A stretch of DNA of 64,000 bases from Nitrospinales bacterium (lineage in GTDB: Bacteria > Nitrospinota > Nitrospinia > Nitrospinales > VA-1). Positions 18,459 to 28,478 of this stretch are shown here, piece by piece; position 1 is the first letter of the stretch, and the number at the start of each line of letters is the position of its first letter. The stretch spans positions 2,592,001 to 2,656,000 of the forward strand of contig CBDCWG010000012.1 of NCBI GenBank assembly GCA_965223345.1, in the 5' to 3' direction. A program made the translations under genes and the position numbers. Under the pieces are notes generated by a model. It made no database searches. It was not told the DNA's origin and saw only the letters and a list, made by a program, of their open reading frames with translations.

Positions 18459-18501
18459 CTTTCCTCCCCTCCGGGCGATGGCGCGCGGTTTCCGGTTTGC
18501 G

Positions 18502-19680
18502 TCAGGAACTCAGCCTGCCTATTTTGGCGCGAACGGTTTTTTCGGAACCGTTGCGGATGATCTTGATGGTCACGACTTTGCCGATGCGGGTCTGCGCCAC
18601 CATCATCTGAAATTTTTTCGAACCCAGCACCTGCCTGCCGTCGAACTGCACGATGATGTCTCCGCGCAGGAGGCCCGCGTCCTTCGCCGGCGTTTTGTTT
18701 TCGACGCTGTTGACCAGCACGCCGGTGCTGACTTTCTGGATCTGGAACGAGGACGCCAGCTCCGGGGTCAGCGACTGGATGCTCACGCCCAGCCAGCCGC
18801 GCGCCACTTCTCCCTGTTCGATGAGCTCGTCGGCCACCTTGAGCGCCATGTCGATGGGGATCGCGAAACCGACGCCGGAGCCGATCTCCGCGACGGCGGT
18901 GTTGATGCCGATGATCTCGCCTTCGAGATTGATCAGCGGGCCGCCGCTGTTGCCGGGGTTGATGGAGGCGTCGGTCTGGATGAAGTTTTCAAACGTGGTG
19001 ATGCCGAGATCGGTGCGGCCCTGACCGCTGACCACGCCGACCGTCACCGTGCCTTCCAGGCCGTACGGGTTGCCGATGGCCATCACCCATTCGCCCACGT
19101 GCACGTCGCGCGATTTGCCGAACACCGGCCGCACGAGCTTGCGGAACGAGGCGATCTTGAGCACGGCCAGGTCCGTCATGGGATCGATGCCGATGACCTT
19201 GGCGTAGTAATCCTTGCCGTTGGAGAGTTTGATGAGAAGGCGCGGGACGTCCTTGATCACGTGATGATTGGTGAGGATGTAGCCCTGCGTGTTGAGCAGG
19301 ACGCCGGAGCCGACGTTTTCCACGCGGAATTTTTTCTCTCCCACGGTGCTGACCAGCCAGTCCTTGATGAACGCGTACCAGGGTTTCGGCTCGTGCGGGT
19401 CGGGATCGTGCCAGGACGATTGGCGCACGATCTTCAAAACCTTGTTGATGCCCACCACCGAGGGCTTGGTCTGTCTGGCGTTGCGGATGAACGCCTCCTG
19501 CAGCTGGACGATGTTTTTGTATTCCTGTTTTTCGGCCAGCGGGTGCTGGAGCGACGCTTCCTGCACGTTGTCCGGCGTGGAGAGATCGCTGAGAGGGCGG
19601 TCCTGAATCAGCCAGGCGGCGGCCGCGAGCCCGAGCACCAGAACGACGGTCTGATAAAAACGGATATTGTTTGAGGTCAT
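18502..19680 (-). CDS. HtrA/DegP-family serine protease with one PDZ domain
   Basis: GSGV, TNHHV, DLAV, FIQTDASINPGNSGGPL, RGWLGV PDZ. Confidence 0.95.
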   Translation of the reverse strand: MTSNNIRFYQTVVLVLGLAAAAWLIQDRPLSDLSTPDNVQEASLQHPLAEKQEYKNIVQLQEAFIRNARQTKPSVVGINKVLKIVRQSSWHDPDPHEPKPWYAFIKDWLVSTVGEKKFRVENVGSGVLLNTQGYILTNHHVIKDVPRLLIKLSNGKDYYAKVIGIDPMTDLAVLKIASFRKLVRPVFGKSRDVHVGEWVMAIGNPYGLEGTVTVGVVSGQGRTDLGITTFENFIQTDASINPGNSGGPLINLEGEIIGINTAVAEIGSGVGFAIPIDMALKVADELIEQGEVARGWLGVSIQSLTPELASSFQIQKVSTGVLVNSVENKTPAKDAGLLRGDIIVQFDGRQVLGSKKFQMMVAQTRIGKVVTIKIIRNGSEKTVRAKIGRLSS

Positions 19681-19717
19681 GGTCTTCCTCAAATGATTGC
19701 GTGGATCTTCCTGGGAG

Positions 19718-20449
19718 TCACTGCGACGCCTGTTTGCATCCCTCATACAGAGTGACGATTCCCAGCGTCAGGTCTGTGTGCGCGATGCGTGCGAATCCCG
19801 CCTGCTGCATGATGTCCGCAAAATCCTTCCGCTTCGGAAAACGCGAGACCGACTGCGGAAGGTAGTCGTAAGCGTGTTTGTGCTTCGAGATCAGCCGGCC
19901 CACTCTGGGCAGCACCGACCGGAAATACAGATTGTACAAAAACCCCAGCAGCGGCTGCTCCGGATGCGAGAATTCCAGGATCACCGCCCGCCCGTCCGGT
20001 TTCAGCACGCGCAGCATCTCGGAAAGCCCGCGTGCGGGATCGGCGAAATTGCGGATGCCGAACGCGCAGACCAGCCCGTCGAAACTCGCGGAAGCGTAGG
20101 GCAGGTTTTCCCCGCAGCCTTTCTGCAGCGCGATCGCGGCTTCAAGTTTGCGCTGCCGCACCTTGCGCCTGCCGCGTTCGAGCATGGGGGCGCTGAAATC
20201 GATCCCCAGTACCTGAACCTGCCCGTTTTGGCGTGCGGCGATTTCCACCGCCATGTCCGCGGTGCCGGTGGCCACATCGAGAAAGCGTTCGCCGCGCTGC
20301 GGCGCCAGCCGGTCCACCGCCGTTTTCCGCCAGTAACGGTCCCGGCCCGCGCTGAGCAAGGTGTTGAGCAGATCGTATCGGGGCGCCACGGCGCCGAACA
20401 TGGTTTGAACCTGCCTGGCAAACGATGCAGGATCGATTGAAGTCTGCAT
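19718..20449 (-). CDS. ubiE: Demethylmenaquinone/ubiquinone methyltransferase UbiE/MenG
   Basis: F..VAPRYDLLN..LS.G.D..W, LDVATGTAD, FGIRN, RVLKP.G..ILEFS, AYDYLP.S. Confidence 0.93.
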   Translation of the reverse strand: MQTSIDPASFARQVQTMFGAVAPRYDLLNTLLSAGRDRYWRKTAVDRLAPQRGERFLDVATGTADMAVEIAARQNGQVQVLGIDFSAPMLERGRRKVRQRKLEAAIALQKGCGENLPYASASFDGLVCAFGIRNFADPARGLSEMLRVLKPDGRAVILEFSHPEQPLLGFLYNLYFRSVLPRVGRLISKHKHAYDYLPQSVSRFPKRKDFADIMQQAGFARIAHTDLTLGIVTLYEGCKQASQ

Positions 20450-20691
20450 GAATGTGCGACGCCCCGATGGATCCAACCCTTGCGGCGGTCCGCTCACGGT
20501 TATTGGGAACGTCGTTGGTTGTGAACGGGTTCCGGCCGGGTTTCAGATGCAATGATCGAATTTTACCACCTGATTTCAAAGGGAACAAGCGGGTTTCGGC
20601 AGCCGGTTTGCCGAACCGGATCGTCTTGATATTCAGGAGGCGGAAGAGTAGAATTTTTAATTCCACCCATTGCATTGCGAAAGGCTTCGGC

Positions 20692-21240
20692 ATGAAAAAA
20701 GTACTGGTCGCCCTGGCCCCGGGGTTCGAAGAGATCGAAACCGTCACCGTGGTCGATATCCTGCGGCGGGCCGGCGCGCGCGTGACGCTGGCAGGGACCG
20801 AGGACGGCCCGCTTGAGGGCTCGCGGGGCATCCGCATCGCTCCGGACTGCCTGCTGGAGGGGCTCAAGGCAGCCGATTTCGACCTGGTGGTGCTGCCGGG
20901 CGGGCAGCCGGGCACCGACAACCTGAACGCCAGCGCGGAGCTGGCGGAAATCCTCAAGGCCATGCATGCGGACGGCAAGACCCTCGCCGCCATCTGCGCC
21001 GCGCCCACGGTGCTGCACACGCTGGGTCTGCTTGCGGATAAATCGGCGACCAGCCATCCCTCGGTGCGGGAAAAGCTCAACGGCACCCGGTATTCCGAAA
21101 ACCGGGTGGAGGTGGACGGAAACATCGTCACCAGCCGCAGTCCAGGCACGGCGATGGAGTTCGCCATGAAGCTGGTGGCCCTGTTGTTCGGCGAGGACCG
21201 GGTGGACACCGTGAACAAGGGGGTGCTGGCGAAGCTCTGA
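20692..21240 (+). CDS. DJ-1/YajL/ThiJ family protein
   Basis: GFEEIE, VLPGG.PG, AAICAAP, TSRSPGTA.EF. Confidence 0.93.
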   Translation: MKKVLVALAPGFEEIETVTVVDILRRAGARVTLAGTEDGPLEGSRGIRIAPDCLLEGLKAADFDLVVLPGGQPGTDNLNASAELAEILKAMHADGKTLAAICAAPTVLHTLGLLADKSATSHPSVREKLNGTRYSENRVEVDGNIVTSRSPGTAMEFAMKLVALLFGEDRVDTVNKGVLAKL

Positions 21241-21439
21241 ACCGTTTCGTCCGCTGCGATAATCCGGCAGGGCCGCGGGCCGGCAAGCCGTTTGCGTTAA
21301 AGTCCGCCGGGGGAGTTCCGACAAGAAATCTGTGGGACGGCGATAAAATTTTCTGGAAAAGTTTTTTCAGATCGGGTATAAATTGTTGAATTTTATGAGA
21401 CTATTCCGGCCACTACCGGCCGGGAGCGCGTCCGAAAAA

Positions 21440-21455
21440 AATGTTTCGAAACATT
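21440..21455. promoter_or_regulatory. Perfect 16-bp palindrome, candidate transcription-factor site
   Basis: AATGTTTCGAAACATT about 100 nt upstream of the small Zn-ribbon gene. Confidence 0.45.
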
Positions 21456-21553
21456 GGAACCTTTCCGGTGGAAATTCATCCTAGAATTCAAGGAGAAATC
21501 CTTGGAAGCGCAAAAAGCTTGTTTTGTCGCGAGATTTTGAGGAGGTTTTAAGA

Positions 21554-21787
21554 ATGTACGTGAATGTTTCCCGCAGCAAGTTGTTGATCAACAACCGGCG
21601 TCCGCCGAAGAAAAAGAAAAAAGCGGCCGAACCTTCGGTCCGTTGCAATCATTGTGGAGGGCCGATCCGGCCCGACGGTGAATTTTTCAACTGTCTGATG
21701 TGTTCGCGCGAGCAGAGCCATGTCTGCTCGACCTGCGCGCATGTCCGCAGCAACGAAGTTTCAGGTAAACAGAAAAAGAGCGCCTGA
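21554..21787 (+). CDS. Small basic Cys-rich (Zn-ribbon-like) protein
   Basis: RBS GAGGAGG; CNHC..CLMC..HVCSTC; Lys/Arg-rich N-terminus. Confidence 0.7.
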   Translation: MYVNVSRSKLLINNRRPPKKKKKAAEPSVRCNHCGGPIRPDGEFFNCLMCSREQSHVCSTCAHVRSNEVSGKQKKSA

Positions 21788-21868
21788 AACCCAGGCGCTC
21801 GACCTGATTTCATTCCTTTTGCACTTGCCCGTTCGGGCATGCGAATCGCTTCGCAAAAATCCTTCCGT

Positions 21869-23764
21869 CTAGCCGTCCGTCGAAACGTTTTTTTCGATCC
21901 ACTTTTTCAGAATGTACAATGCCCAGGGGCGCGACCAGGAAGTCCGTTTCGCCAGGAAACCGGTCCACACGTTTTCGATCGCCGCATCGGATAAAAAGTC
22001 GGACAGCGGCCGGACCGGACTCAATAGAACGGTTTCGACTTCCTGTTTTATGCCGCCGCGCAGCCAGTTTTCGAAGGGCAGGGTGAACCCCATCTTTTTG
22101 CGCTGCACGATTTCATCCGGCAGTCCGCCCGGTATCGAGTGGGCGAGCAGGTGCTTCGGCGTTTGGCTTTGGTATTTGACTTCGGCCGGTATCGGAAACA
22201 CGCTCTCCACCAGTTCGTGATCGATCAGGGGAACGCGGATCTCCAGGCCGTGCGCCATGCCCATGACGTCGGTGTCGCGCAGCAGCGTGTTGGGCAAATA
22301 GTGCGTCATCTCCAGGTAAGAGATCCGGTCGCGGACATCCAGCGGTTTTAAATTTTCAAGCAGGCTGGTGGTGCTCTGCCGGTGCCGATCGATTTCCTGT
22401 TGCAGAAGATGGCTGTCAAAGAACAGGCGCCGGAGATCGTCCTCGCAGAACAGGGAGCGGATGAGAAAGTAGGGGTGAACGGATTGCCCGCACAGATAAT
22501 GCGCGAGCTTGCTCATTTTCACCGAACCGCCGGGCAGATGCTTGAGCGCGGTTCCCATAAGCCGCGACCAGGAAGAGGGCAGGGCGTCGAAAAAAGACCG
22601 CATGCGCAAAAGCCGGGGAGCCAGCGTGAACGATTCGTAGCCGCCGAACAGCTCGTCGCCGCCCAGGCCCGAAAGGGCGACTTTCCAGCCTCGCTCTTTC
22701 GCGCAGCGGGCAATGAACCAGGTGTTGATGCCATCGACGGTCGGCTGGTCCATATCCGCCACCGCCAGGGGCAGGGCGTCCAGCAGGTCCGATTCGGTGA
22801 GGGGCAGGGCGTGGTGTTCGGTGCCGTAGCGTTTGGCCACTAGATTGGAATAGCCCGATTCGTCGAATTCGTGTTCGTTGAACACCACCGACAGTGTTTT
22901 GAGCGGTTCCTGCGACTGCGCCGCCGCGTGCGCAACCACGGCGCTGGAATCGATGCCGCCGCTCAGGAACGCGCCGAGCGGGGCGTCGCTGATGAGTCGG
23001 TAGCGCAATGATTGCTGTAATTTTTCCCGCACGGTTTCCTGCGCGTCACCGCTTGCAGGTTGCGCGGAGCGGGCAGGGGACCAGTATTCTTTTATTTCGA
23101 TGCCGCCCGCCGAGGCCTTGAGCCAGTGTCCGGGCGGCAGTTCGTGGATGGCGTCGATCAGCGTTGCGGGCGAGGACAGGCTGCCATAACTCAGATAATG
23201 ATACAGTCCCGCCGGGTTGAGTGTGGCCTGCGGGATGTTGGCAGCCAGGAGCGCGCGGATTTCCGAGGCGAAAAGAAAACAATCCTCGTTGTGGAAGTAG
23301 TACAGCGGTTTGATGCCGAGCCGGTCGCGCGCCAGGAAGAGGGTGCTCTGCTCCGCGTCCCAGATGGCGAACGCGAACAGGCCGCGCAGGCGGTGCAGGC
23401 AGTCGATGCCCCATTCCTCATACGCCTTGAGCAGCACCTCGGTGTCGGAGTGGGAGGCGAAGCGGTATTTCGCGGCCAGCTCGTCGCGCAATTCTCTGTA
23501 GTTATAGATCTCACTGTTTGTGGAGATCCACAGCATTTCACTGTCGTTGGCCATCGGCTGGTGGCCGCCGGGTGTGAGGTCGATGATGGACAGGCGCTGG
23601 TGCCCCAGGTGCAGGGTGTGGCCGCCGGTCACCGGCAGGTTGACTTCGCCGCGGTCGTCGGGGCCGCGGTGCTGCATGCGGTCGAGCATGTGGCGCAGGT
23701 CGCGGCCGAGATGATCACCGAGCCTGCCTTCACTGAAATCGAATATTCCGGCGACGCCGCACAT
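21869..23764 (-). CDS. asnB: Asparagine synthase (glutamine-hydrolysing) family amidotransferase
   Basis: MCGVAG Ntn N-terminus, HRGPD, RLSIIDL, EIYNY, RDRLGIKPL, LSGGIDSS, SGLGGDELFGGY. Confidence 0.93.
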   Translation of the reverse strand: MCGVAGIFDFSEGRLGDHLGRDLRHMLDRMQHRGPDDRGEVNLPVTGGHTLHLGHQRLSIIDLTPGGHQPMANDSEMLWISTNSEIYNYRELRDELAAKYRFASHSDTEVLLKAYEEWGIDCLHRLRGLFAFAIWDAEQSTLFLARDRLGIKPLYYFHNEDCFLFASEIRALLAANIPQATLNPAGLYHYLSYGSLSSPATLIDAIHELPPGHWLKASAGGIEIKEYWSPARSAQPASGDAQETVREKLQQSLRYRLISDAPLGAFLSGGIDSSAVVAHAAAQSQEPLKTLSVVFNEHEFDESGYSNLVAKRYGTEHHALPLTESDLLDALPLAVADMDQPTVDGINTWFIARCAKERGWKVALSGLGGDELFGGYESFTLAPRLLRMRSFFDALPSSWSRLMGTALKHLPGGSVKMSKLAHYLCGQSVHPYFLIRSLFCEDDLRRLFFDSHLLQQEIDRHRQSTTSLLENLKPLDVRDRISYLEMTHYLPNTLLRDTDVMGMAHGLEIRVPLIDHELVESVFPIPAEVKYQSQTPKHLLAHSIPGGLPDEIVQRKKMGFTLPFENWLRGGIKQEVETVLLSPVRPLSDFLSDAAIENVWTGFLAKRTSWSRPWALYILKKWIEKNVSTDG

Positions 23765-23775
23765 GGCTCAAAAGA

Positions 23776-23861
23776 TCAGACAGGATAACAGGATGAAACA
23801 GAATGGAGGAGAATGAAACGAAAAGGAATTATTACCGCAAAGACGCAGAGGACGCAAAGGA
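23776..23861. repeat. Short tandem repeat cassette (ACAGGAT x3 degenerate, then CGCAAAG-type 9-mers)
   Basis: gacaggataacaggatgaaacagaat ... cgcaaagacgcagaggacgcaaagg; same modules occur at 58752-58904 and 60040-60155. Confidence 0.6.
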
Positions 23862-23887
23862 AAACAAGCAATGAGAAGGGAAACGAT

Positions 23888-24286
23888 TATGCGCTCGCAT
23901 CCGACCCCACGGCGTACTCGTTCCATTGGGGTCGGCAAAATCAACGTCGTGCCAAGCTCGACACCCGTTCATTAATAAATGAGGTTGCTTGCCGGCGGCC
24001 GCGAAAGGAAAAAATGGGTTTGACGATCGTGCCGCCGGCGTCTTCGATCTTCGCCTGCGTCTGTTCCAGTTCCCTGCTGTAGAAGACGATAAGTGCGGCC
24101 CCGTTGGCCGTGGATGAAGAGAGGTTGGATTTGAAAAAGCCGCCGTCGAGGCCTGCATCGGCAAAGGCGGTGTACTCCGGTCCGAAATACTGGAAAGACC
24201 ACCGAACACTTTATGAAAAAAGGTCTTGGTTACCTCCAGATTCGTGGCGGGAAACTCCACGTAGTTTATTTTTCGTGTCGGTTCAT
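23888..24286 (-). pseudogene. Degraded VOC/glyoxalase-family gene (several frameshifts plus ~47-bp insertion)
   Basis: Pieces in different frames: MNRHEK/INYVEFPATNL..TK.FF.KVFG/WSFQYFGPEYTAFADAGLDGGF..ALIVFYS.ELE.TQAKIE.AGG.IVKPIFSF..RR[insert]FADPNG/NEYAV. Confidence 0.85.
23945..23991. mobile_element. ~47-bp non-autonomous mini-insertion
   Basis: Interrupts the VOC gene; homologous to 60052-60100. Confidence 0.6.
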
Positions 24287-24290
24287 GTGG

Positions 24291-25022
24291 TTATTTCTGC
24301 TGTGGCTCCATCGTCCACCAGGGTGTGTTGATGAACTTCGCCCCTTCATCATTGGGGTAGAAGTTGTGCAGGGCGTCATCGGTGAAGTAGCGCCAGAAGG
24401 GGGCCTCGTATTGCTTGTCGAGAATCTGGAACGCCCCGTTTTTCTCCTGTTCCTTCAGGAAGTCGCGATAGGCGTCCACCGGTTCGGGCCCCGCCTGCTG
24501 AAAGATCACACGGCCGCCGTACTTTGCGTACAGCGCTTTGTTGATCTTCCAGCGGGTGATAAAATTTCGCGCCATTTGTCGTTTCATCGGGGCGAGTTGT
24601 TCCTCCATTCCCTGGGTCTGCTGCTTCATTTCGCGGGCACTTTTCAGAATGCGCTCGATCGATTGCAGGCGGGATTCCTTGTCCTTCCGCTCGCGCTCAG
24701 TCAGGTCAGGGGACTTCAATTCAGCTTTCAATTTCTTCCTGTCTTTCTCGAAGCGGATCTGTTGCCGCTTTTCACTTTCCTCGGTTTTCTTGACGAAAGC
24801 GTCGATTTCCGCATCGGTGGCCGCAATTTTGTTGTCCCTGGCGTACTTCTCCATCAGGGTTCCGAAAACCAGACCGTCGAGCCGGGCCTTGTCCTTGACC
24901 GTGATCTTCTTTCCCAGAACCACCGCAATGACGTCCTTGTCCGAGTCTTTTGCCTGAGAGGTCTGGGCAAATGTAAATGTTACAACCAGAGTGACCAAAA
25001 ATAGAATTGTAATTTTCTTCAA
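24291..25022 (-). CDS. Hypothetical exported protein with coiled coil
   Basis: Signal peptide MKKITILFLV..SQA; long charged helical region. Confidence 0.75.
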   Translation of the reverse strand: MKKITILFLVTLVVTFTFAQTSQAKDSDKDVIAVVLGKKITVKDKARLDGLVFGTLMEKYARDNKIAATDAEIDAFVKKTEESEKRQQIRFEKDRKKLKAELKSPDLTERERKDKESRLQSIERILKSAREMKQQTQGMEEQLAPMKRQMARNFITRWKINKALYAKYGGRVIFQQAGPEPVDAYRDFLKEQEKNGAFQILDKQYEAPFWRYFTDDALHNFYPNDEGAKFINTPWWTMEPQQK

Positions 25023-25034
25023 TTTATTCTTCCT

Positions 25035-25610
25035 CTAGCTGGGTTGTTTTTCAACATGAACCGCTGTTTTTAACATTTTCATCGCCTCAATCTGGATATC
25101 TTCGGCACCTTCGTTTGTAAAAATAGTGAAAATTATTGAGATAGTTTTAAAAAGCAAATGTCCTTGGGTCATGTATTTATATTCACCCTTTTTGAGAGCT
25201 TTGTCTGTTACCCGAAAGTAGTAGCCTTTATTGAAATCGCCTCTGAATTCTTCAATGGGAATGTCCTTTTCTATAACCTGACTTTTTACCTTTTCGGCCG
25301 CCTGACTTACTAAGAACAATAAGTCCTCGGGTTTGGGTAGAGTGATGTTTTCGGCAAATGGAAAAAAAGTAGATATAAGAACTTGAAAAGATGAATCGGA
25401 TTCGGGGGTAAATACGATGGTGGGGGGAAGCCCGCCAGGAGGGTAACGTACGGTTTCCCGCCATGCTTTGGGGACCGAAAAATTTATCTGACCGTGACCG
25501 GAAAGGGGATAACTTCTTACCGAGTTTTTCTCATTATTTGTGCACGATAAGGCTGTCAGAGAATAAAAAACTATAAGGAATGGAATGAATGGAATGAATT
25601 TTTTGTTCAA
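25035..25610 (-). CDS. Hypothetical lipoprotein, AT-rich coding
   Basis: ALSC lipobox; visibly AT-rich codons versus flanks. Confidence 0.65.
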   Translation of the reverse strand: MNKKFIPFIPFLIVFYSLTALSCTNNEKNSVRSYPLSGHGQINFSVPKAWRETVRYPPGGLPPTIVFTPESDSSFQVLISTFFPFAENITLPKPEDLLFLVSQAAEKVKSQVIEKDIPIEEFRGDFNKGYYFRVTDKALKKGEYKYMTQGHLLFKTISIIFTIFTNEGAEDIQIEAMKMLKTAVHVEKQPS

Positions 25611-25770
25611 AGGCTTACCTTTTCATTAGTTCCTATAATCTATATTATGTCAACTAATGGGGGTTGGATTGCGAGTCTCTGATTCGCTCTCAGAGGCCTT
25701 ATTTCCGGTTGGGACAGGGTTTCCCCTTAGGGTTTCTGCTTCTGCTACGACAAGTTTATGCTTTAAAAGG

Positions 25771-25807
25771 TTTGTCCTGAGTTTGCCGAAGGGCTCAGCA
25801 TGACAAA
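25771..25807. repeat. Degenerate copy of the TCGAAG/GCTCAG palindromic repeat
   Basis: tttgtcctgagtttgccgaagggctcagcatgacaaa. Confidence 0.6.
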
Positions 25808-25850
25808 GAGGTTTTGCGCTTTGTGAGCGAGCCTTCTGTACGGCGAGCGG

Positions 25851-26804
25851 TCAGGCTTTCTTTTGCAGGGAGGATTCTTTCACGGCCTGAGCGACGTGAC
25901 TCGAGGACAGCCCGTATTTTTCGAACAGCTCTTTGGCGGAGCCGGTTTCGGCGAATTGATCCCGCACCGCCACTTTCTTAAAGGGAACGTGGATCTCGTT
26001 CTCCAGCAGGACTTCGCCCACCGCATCGCCGAGTCCGCCGATCAGGTTGTGGTCCTCGGCGGTGATGACGGCGTCGTGCGTCTTCGCTTGCTCGACGATC
26101 AGTTCCCGGTCGATGGGTTTGAGGGTGGAAATGTTGACGACAGTGGGCTCCAGGCCATCCTGTTTGAGGATATCGAGGGCTTTGATGCTCTCCTGCACCA
26201 TGATGCCGGTGGCGAAAATGACGACGCCCCTGCCCTGCCTCAGCACGTTGCCCTTGCCGATCTGGAAGCGGTGCGATTCATCGTACACGCCCATCACCTT
26301 GGAGCGCCCCATCCGCAGATAGGCCGGGCCCTTGTGGGTCATCATCGCTTTGGTGGCCTGCTTGGCTTCCTCGAAATCGGCGGGCTGGATCACCGTCATG
26401 TTGGGAATGGCGCGGGTGTAGGCGAGATCGACGATCATCTGCGCCGAAGGCCCGTCCTCGCCCACGGCGATCCCGGCGTGCGTGCCCACCAGCTTGACGT
26501 TGGTGTTGGAGTAGGCCAGGCTCACGAGGATCTGGTCCATGCTGCGGCCCAGCAGAAAGCAGGCGAAACTGGTGGCGAAGGGCACCTTTCCGGTGGTGGC
26601 GAAGCCGGCGGCGGTGCACACCATGTCGCCTTCGCTGATGCCCATGTTGAAAAAGCGGTGCGGGTGCGCCTGACCGAATTTTTTCGTGCGCGTGCTGTCG
26701 GAAACCCCGGCGTCGAGAACGACGATGTCCGGATGGTCGCCGATTTCCAGGAGCGCCGCTCCGTATCCGTCCCGGGTAGCCCCTTCGCTTGCGGTTGCCA
26801 TCAC
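25851..26804 (-). CDS. Transketolase, C-terminal subunit
   Basis: RFFNMGISE, GEDGPSAQ, GP.YLRMGR, KPID, EDHN..GGLG. Confidence 0.93.
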   Translation of the reverse strand: MMATASEGATRDGYGAALLEIGDHPDIVVLDAGVSDSTRTKKFGQAHPHRFFNMGISEGDMVCTAAGFATTGKVPFATSFACFLLGRSMDQILVSLAYSNTNVKLVGTHAGIAVGEDGPSAQMIVDLAYTRAIPNMTVIQPADFEEAKQATKAMMTHKGPAYLRMGRSKVMGVYDESHRFQIGKGNVLRQGRGVVIFATGIMVQESIKALDILKQDGLEPTVVNISTLKPIDRELIVEQAKTHDAVITAEDHNLIGGLGDAVGEVLLENEIHVPFKKVAVRDQFAETGSAKELFEKYGLSSSHVAQAVKESSLQKKA

Positions 26805-26861
26805 GTGTCCTTCCTGAAAATGCGTTGTCTGTGAAATCCCGCTTCCCTTAGGGAAGGCGGG

Positions 26862-27692
26862 TCATTGTAATTCCTTGAGGGCTTTTTCCAGATCCTCGTC
26901 CGAAGGCGCGACGCCGTGCCAGGCGGGCTTGCCTTCCATGAAGCTGACGCCCTTGCCCTTGATGGTGTCGGCGATGAGGACCCGTGGTTTGTCCGGGTGC
27001 AGCGGCATCTTGAGCGCGTTCATGATCGCTTCCATGTCGTGGCCGTCGATGCGGTGCGTGTCCCAGCCGAACGTGCGCCATTTTTCATCCAAGGGTTCCA
27101 GGTCCTTCAGCTCCTTGGTGGTGCTGTCCTGGCAGACCTTGTTGAAATCCACAATGGCGATCAGATTGTTGCTCTTGAATTTGGATGCCGACATCGCGGC
27201 TTCCCAGATCTGGCCTTCCTGCAGCTCACCGTCCCCCAGCACGACGTAGGCTTTGTAATCGAGATTGTCCAGCCGCGCGCCCATCGCGATGCCGTGTGCG
27301 ACGCTCAACCCCTGCCCCAGGCTTCCGGAGGCGATCTCCACGCCCGGTATCTTGGGATGCGGGTGGCCCGAAAGAAAAAACGGGCTGTTGATCTTGCGGT
27401 AGGTGTCCAGTTCCTTTTCCGGGAAATACCCGGCGCGCGACAGCACGACGTACATGAGCGCCGAGGCGTGCCCCTTGCTCAGCAGGAACCGGTCGCGGTC
27501 CGGCATATCGGGATTGTTGGGGTCGTAATTCAGGATGCCGCCGAAATACAGGGCCGTCAGCAGGTCCGCTGCGGACAGGCTGCCCCCGGGATGTCCGGAG
27601 CCCGCTTTGTGGATCACCTTGAGGCTCTGGCGGCGGATTTCCTTTGCGAGGTTTTTTAAATCTTCGATCGCGAGTGTCTGGGTTTGAGTCAT
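26862..27692 (-). CDS. Transketolase, N-terminal subunit
   Basis: SGHPGGSLS, DRFLLSKGH, SGSLGQG, GDGELQEGQIWEA TPP motif, KGKGVSFME..WHG. Confidence 0.95.
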   Translation of the reverse strand: MTQTQTLAIEDLKNLAKEIRRQSLKVIHKAGSGHPGGSLSAADLLTALYFGGILNYDPNNPDMPDRDRFLLSKGHASALMYVVLSRAGYFPEKELDTYRKINSPFFLSGHPHPKIPGVEIASGSLGQGLSVAHGIAMGARLDNLDYKAYVVLGDGELQEGQIWEAAMSASKFKSNNLIAIVDFNKVCQDSTTKELKDLEPLDEKWRTFGWDTHRIDGHDMEAIMNALKMPLHPDKPRVLIADTIKGKGVSFMEGKPAWHGVAPSDEDLEKALKELQ

Positions 27693-27851
27693 GGGATAGG
27701 CAAAACCTGGGATGATAAAACGCTTTAAAATTCGGATGCAGGCTAACACATCCCCGATGGGGATTCTATTAAATTGTCGTGAGCTGTGTAGGTAAAGACC
27801 TGCCCCCTGCCCTGCCTGGCTGGCCGGATGCGTGCGTTGCCTGGACGGGGG

Positions 27852-28478
27852 TCAGTTTTTTTCCGGATGGTTCACGAAATCGTTGCAGACTTTGAGCAGC
27901 GCATCGAAATCCACGGGCTTGGTGAAGTAGATGTCCGCGCCGGCGTCGAGGATGACTTTTTCGGAATGCCTGAGGTCCCCGGAAATGGCGATGATCTTGA
28001 TGTTTCCGGTCTTGGGATTGGACTTGAGATTCTTGCACACCTCCATGCCGTTGACGCCCGGAAGCGCGATGTCCAGCACGATGATGGAAGGCAGAAAGTG
28101 GGCGGCCTTGAGGCCCGCGTCCCAGCCGTCGAACGCCACCTCGGCCACGAAACTGTTTTTCTCGAAAAACTTGCGCAGCAGGTTGGAGAACTTCTTTTCG
28201 TCGTCCACGATGAGAATCTTGCGGACGGATTTCTCCTCTTCCTCTTTCTTGAGGATTTCCTTGATCATGTTGATCGTGTAACCCTTCTTCTGCAGCGCGT
28301 AGATCTTCTTGCAGCGGTCCTCCACCCACGCCGGATAGTAGCCCACGATGCCTTTGCCGCCGGGATGCGCTTCTTTAACAGGGTCCGGAAAAAAACGGTA
28401 TTTCTTTTGCCACAACCAAAGTGTTTTCCTTGTAATCGGTACGACTTTCAAAATGTCAGCGGCTGTTACTCTTGCCAT
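27852..28478 (-). CDS. Response regulator with N-terminal MerR-like HTH and C-terminal receiver
   Basis: ITRKTLWLWQKKY..FPDP..G...Y..I..LQK.GY.I..IK; ILIVDDE, LDIALPGVNG, AISG, KP. Confidence 0.85.
   Translation of the reverse strand: MARVTAADILKVVPITRKTLWLWQKKYRFFPDPVKEAHPGGKGIVGYYPAWVEDRCKKIYALQKKGYTINMIKEILKKEEEEKSVRKILIVDDEKKFSNLLRKFFEKNSFVAEVAFDGWDAGLKAAHFLPSIIVLDIALPGVNGMEVCKNLKSNPKTGNIKIIAISGDLRHSEKVILDAGADIYFTKPVDFDALLKVCNDFVNHPEKN

Noticed and set aside
21869..23764. asnB as a lasso-peptide cyclase or RiPP enzyme
   Set aside because: It has an intact N-terminal Cys glutaminase domain, and no precursor, B protein or transporter is adjacent
26838..26861. GC-rich hairpin between the two transketolase genes as a terminator
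   Set aside because: It lies inside an apparent operon with only a weak U tract; more likely an mRNA stability hairpin, and not supportable further
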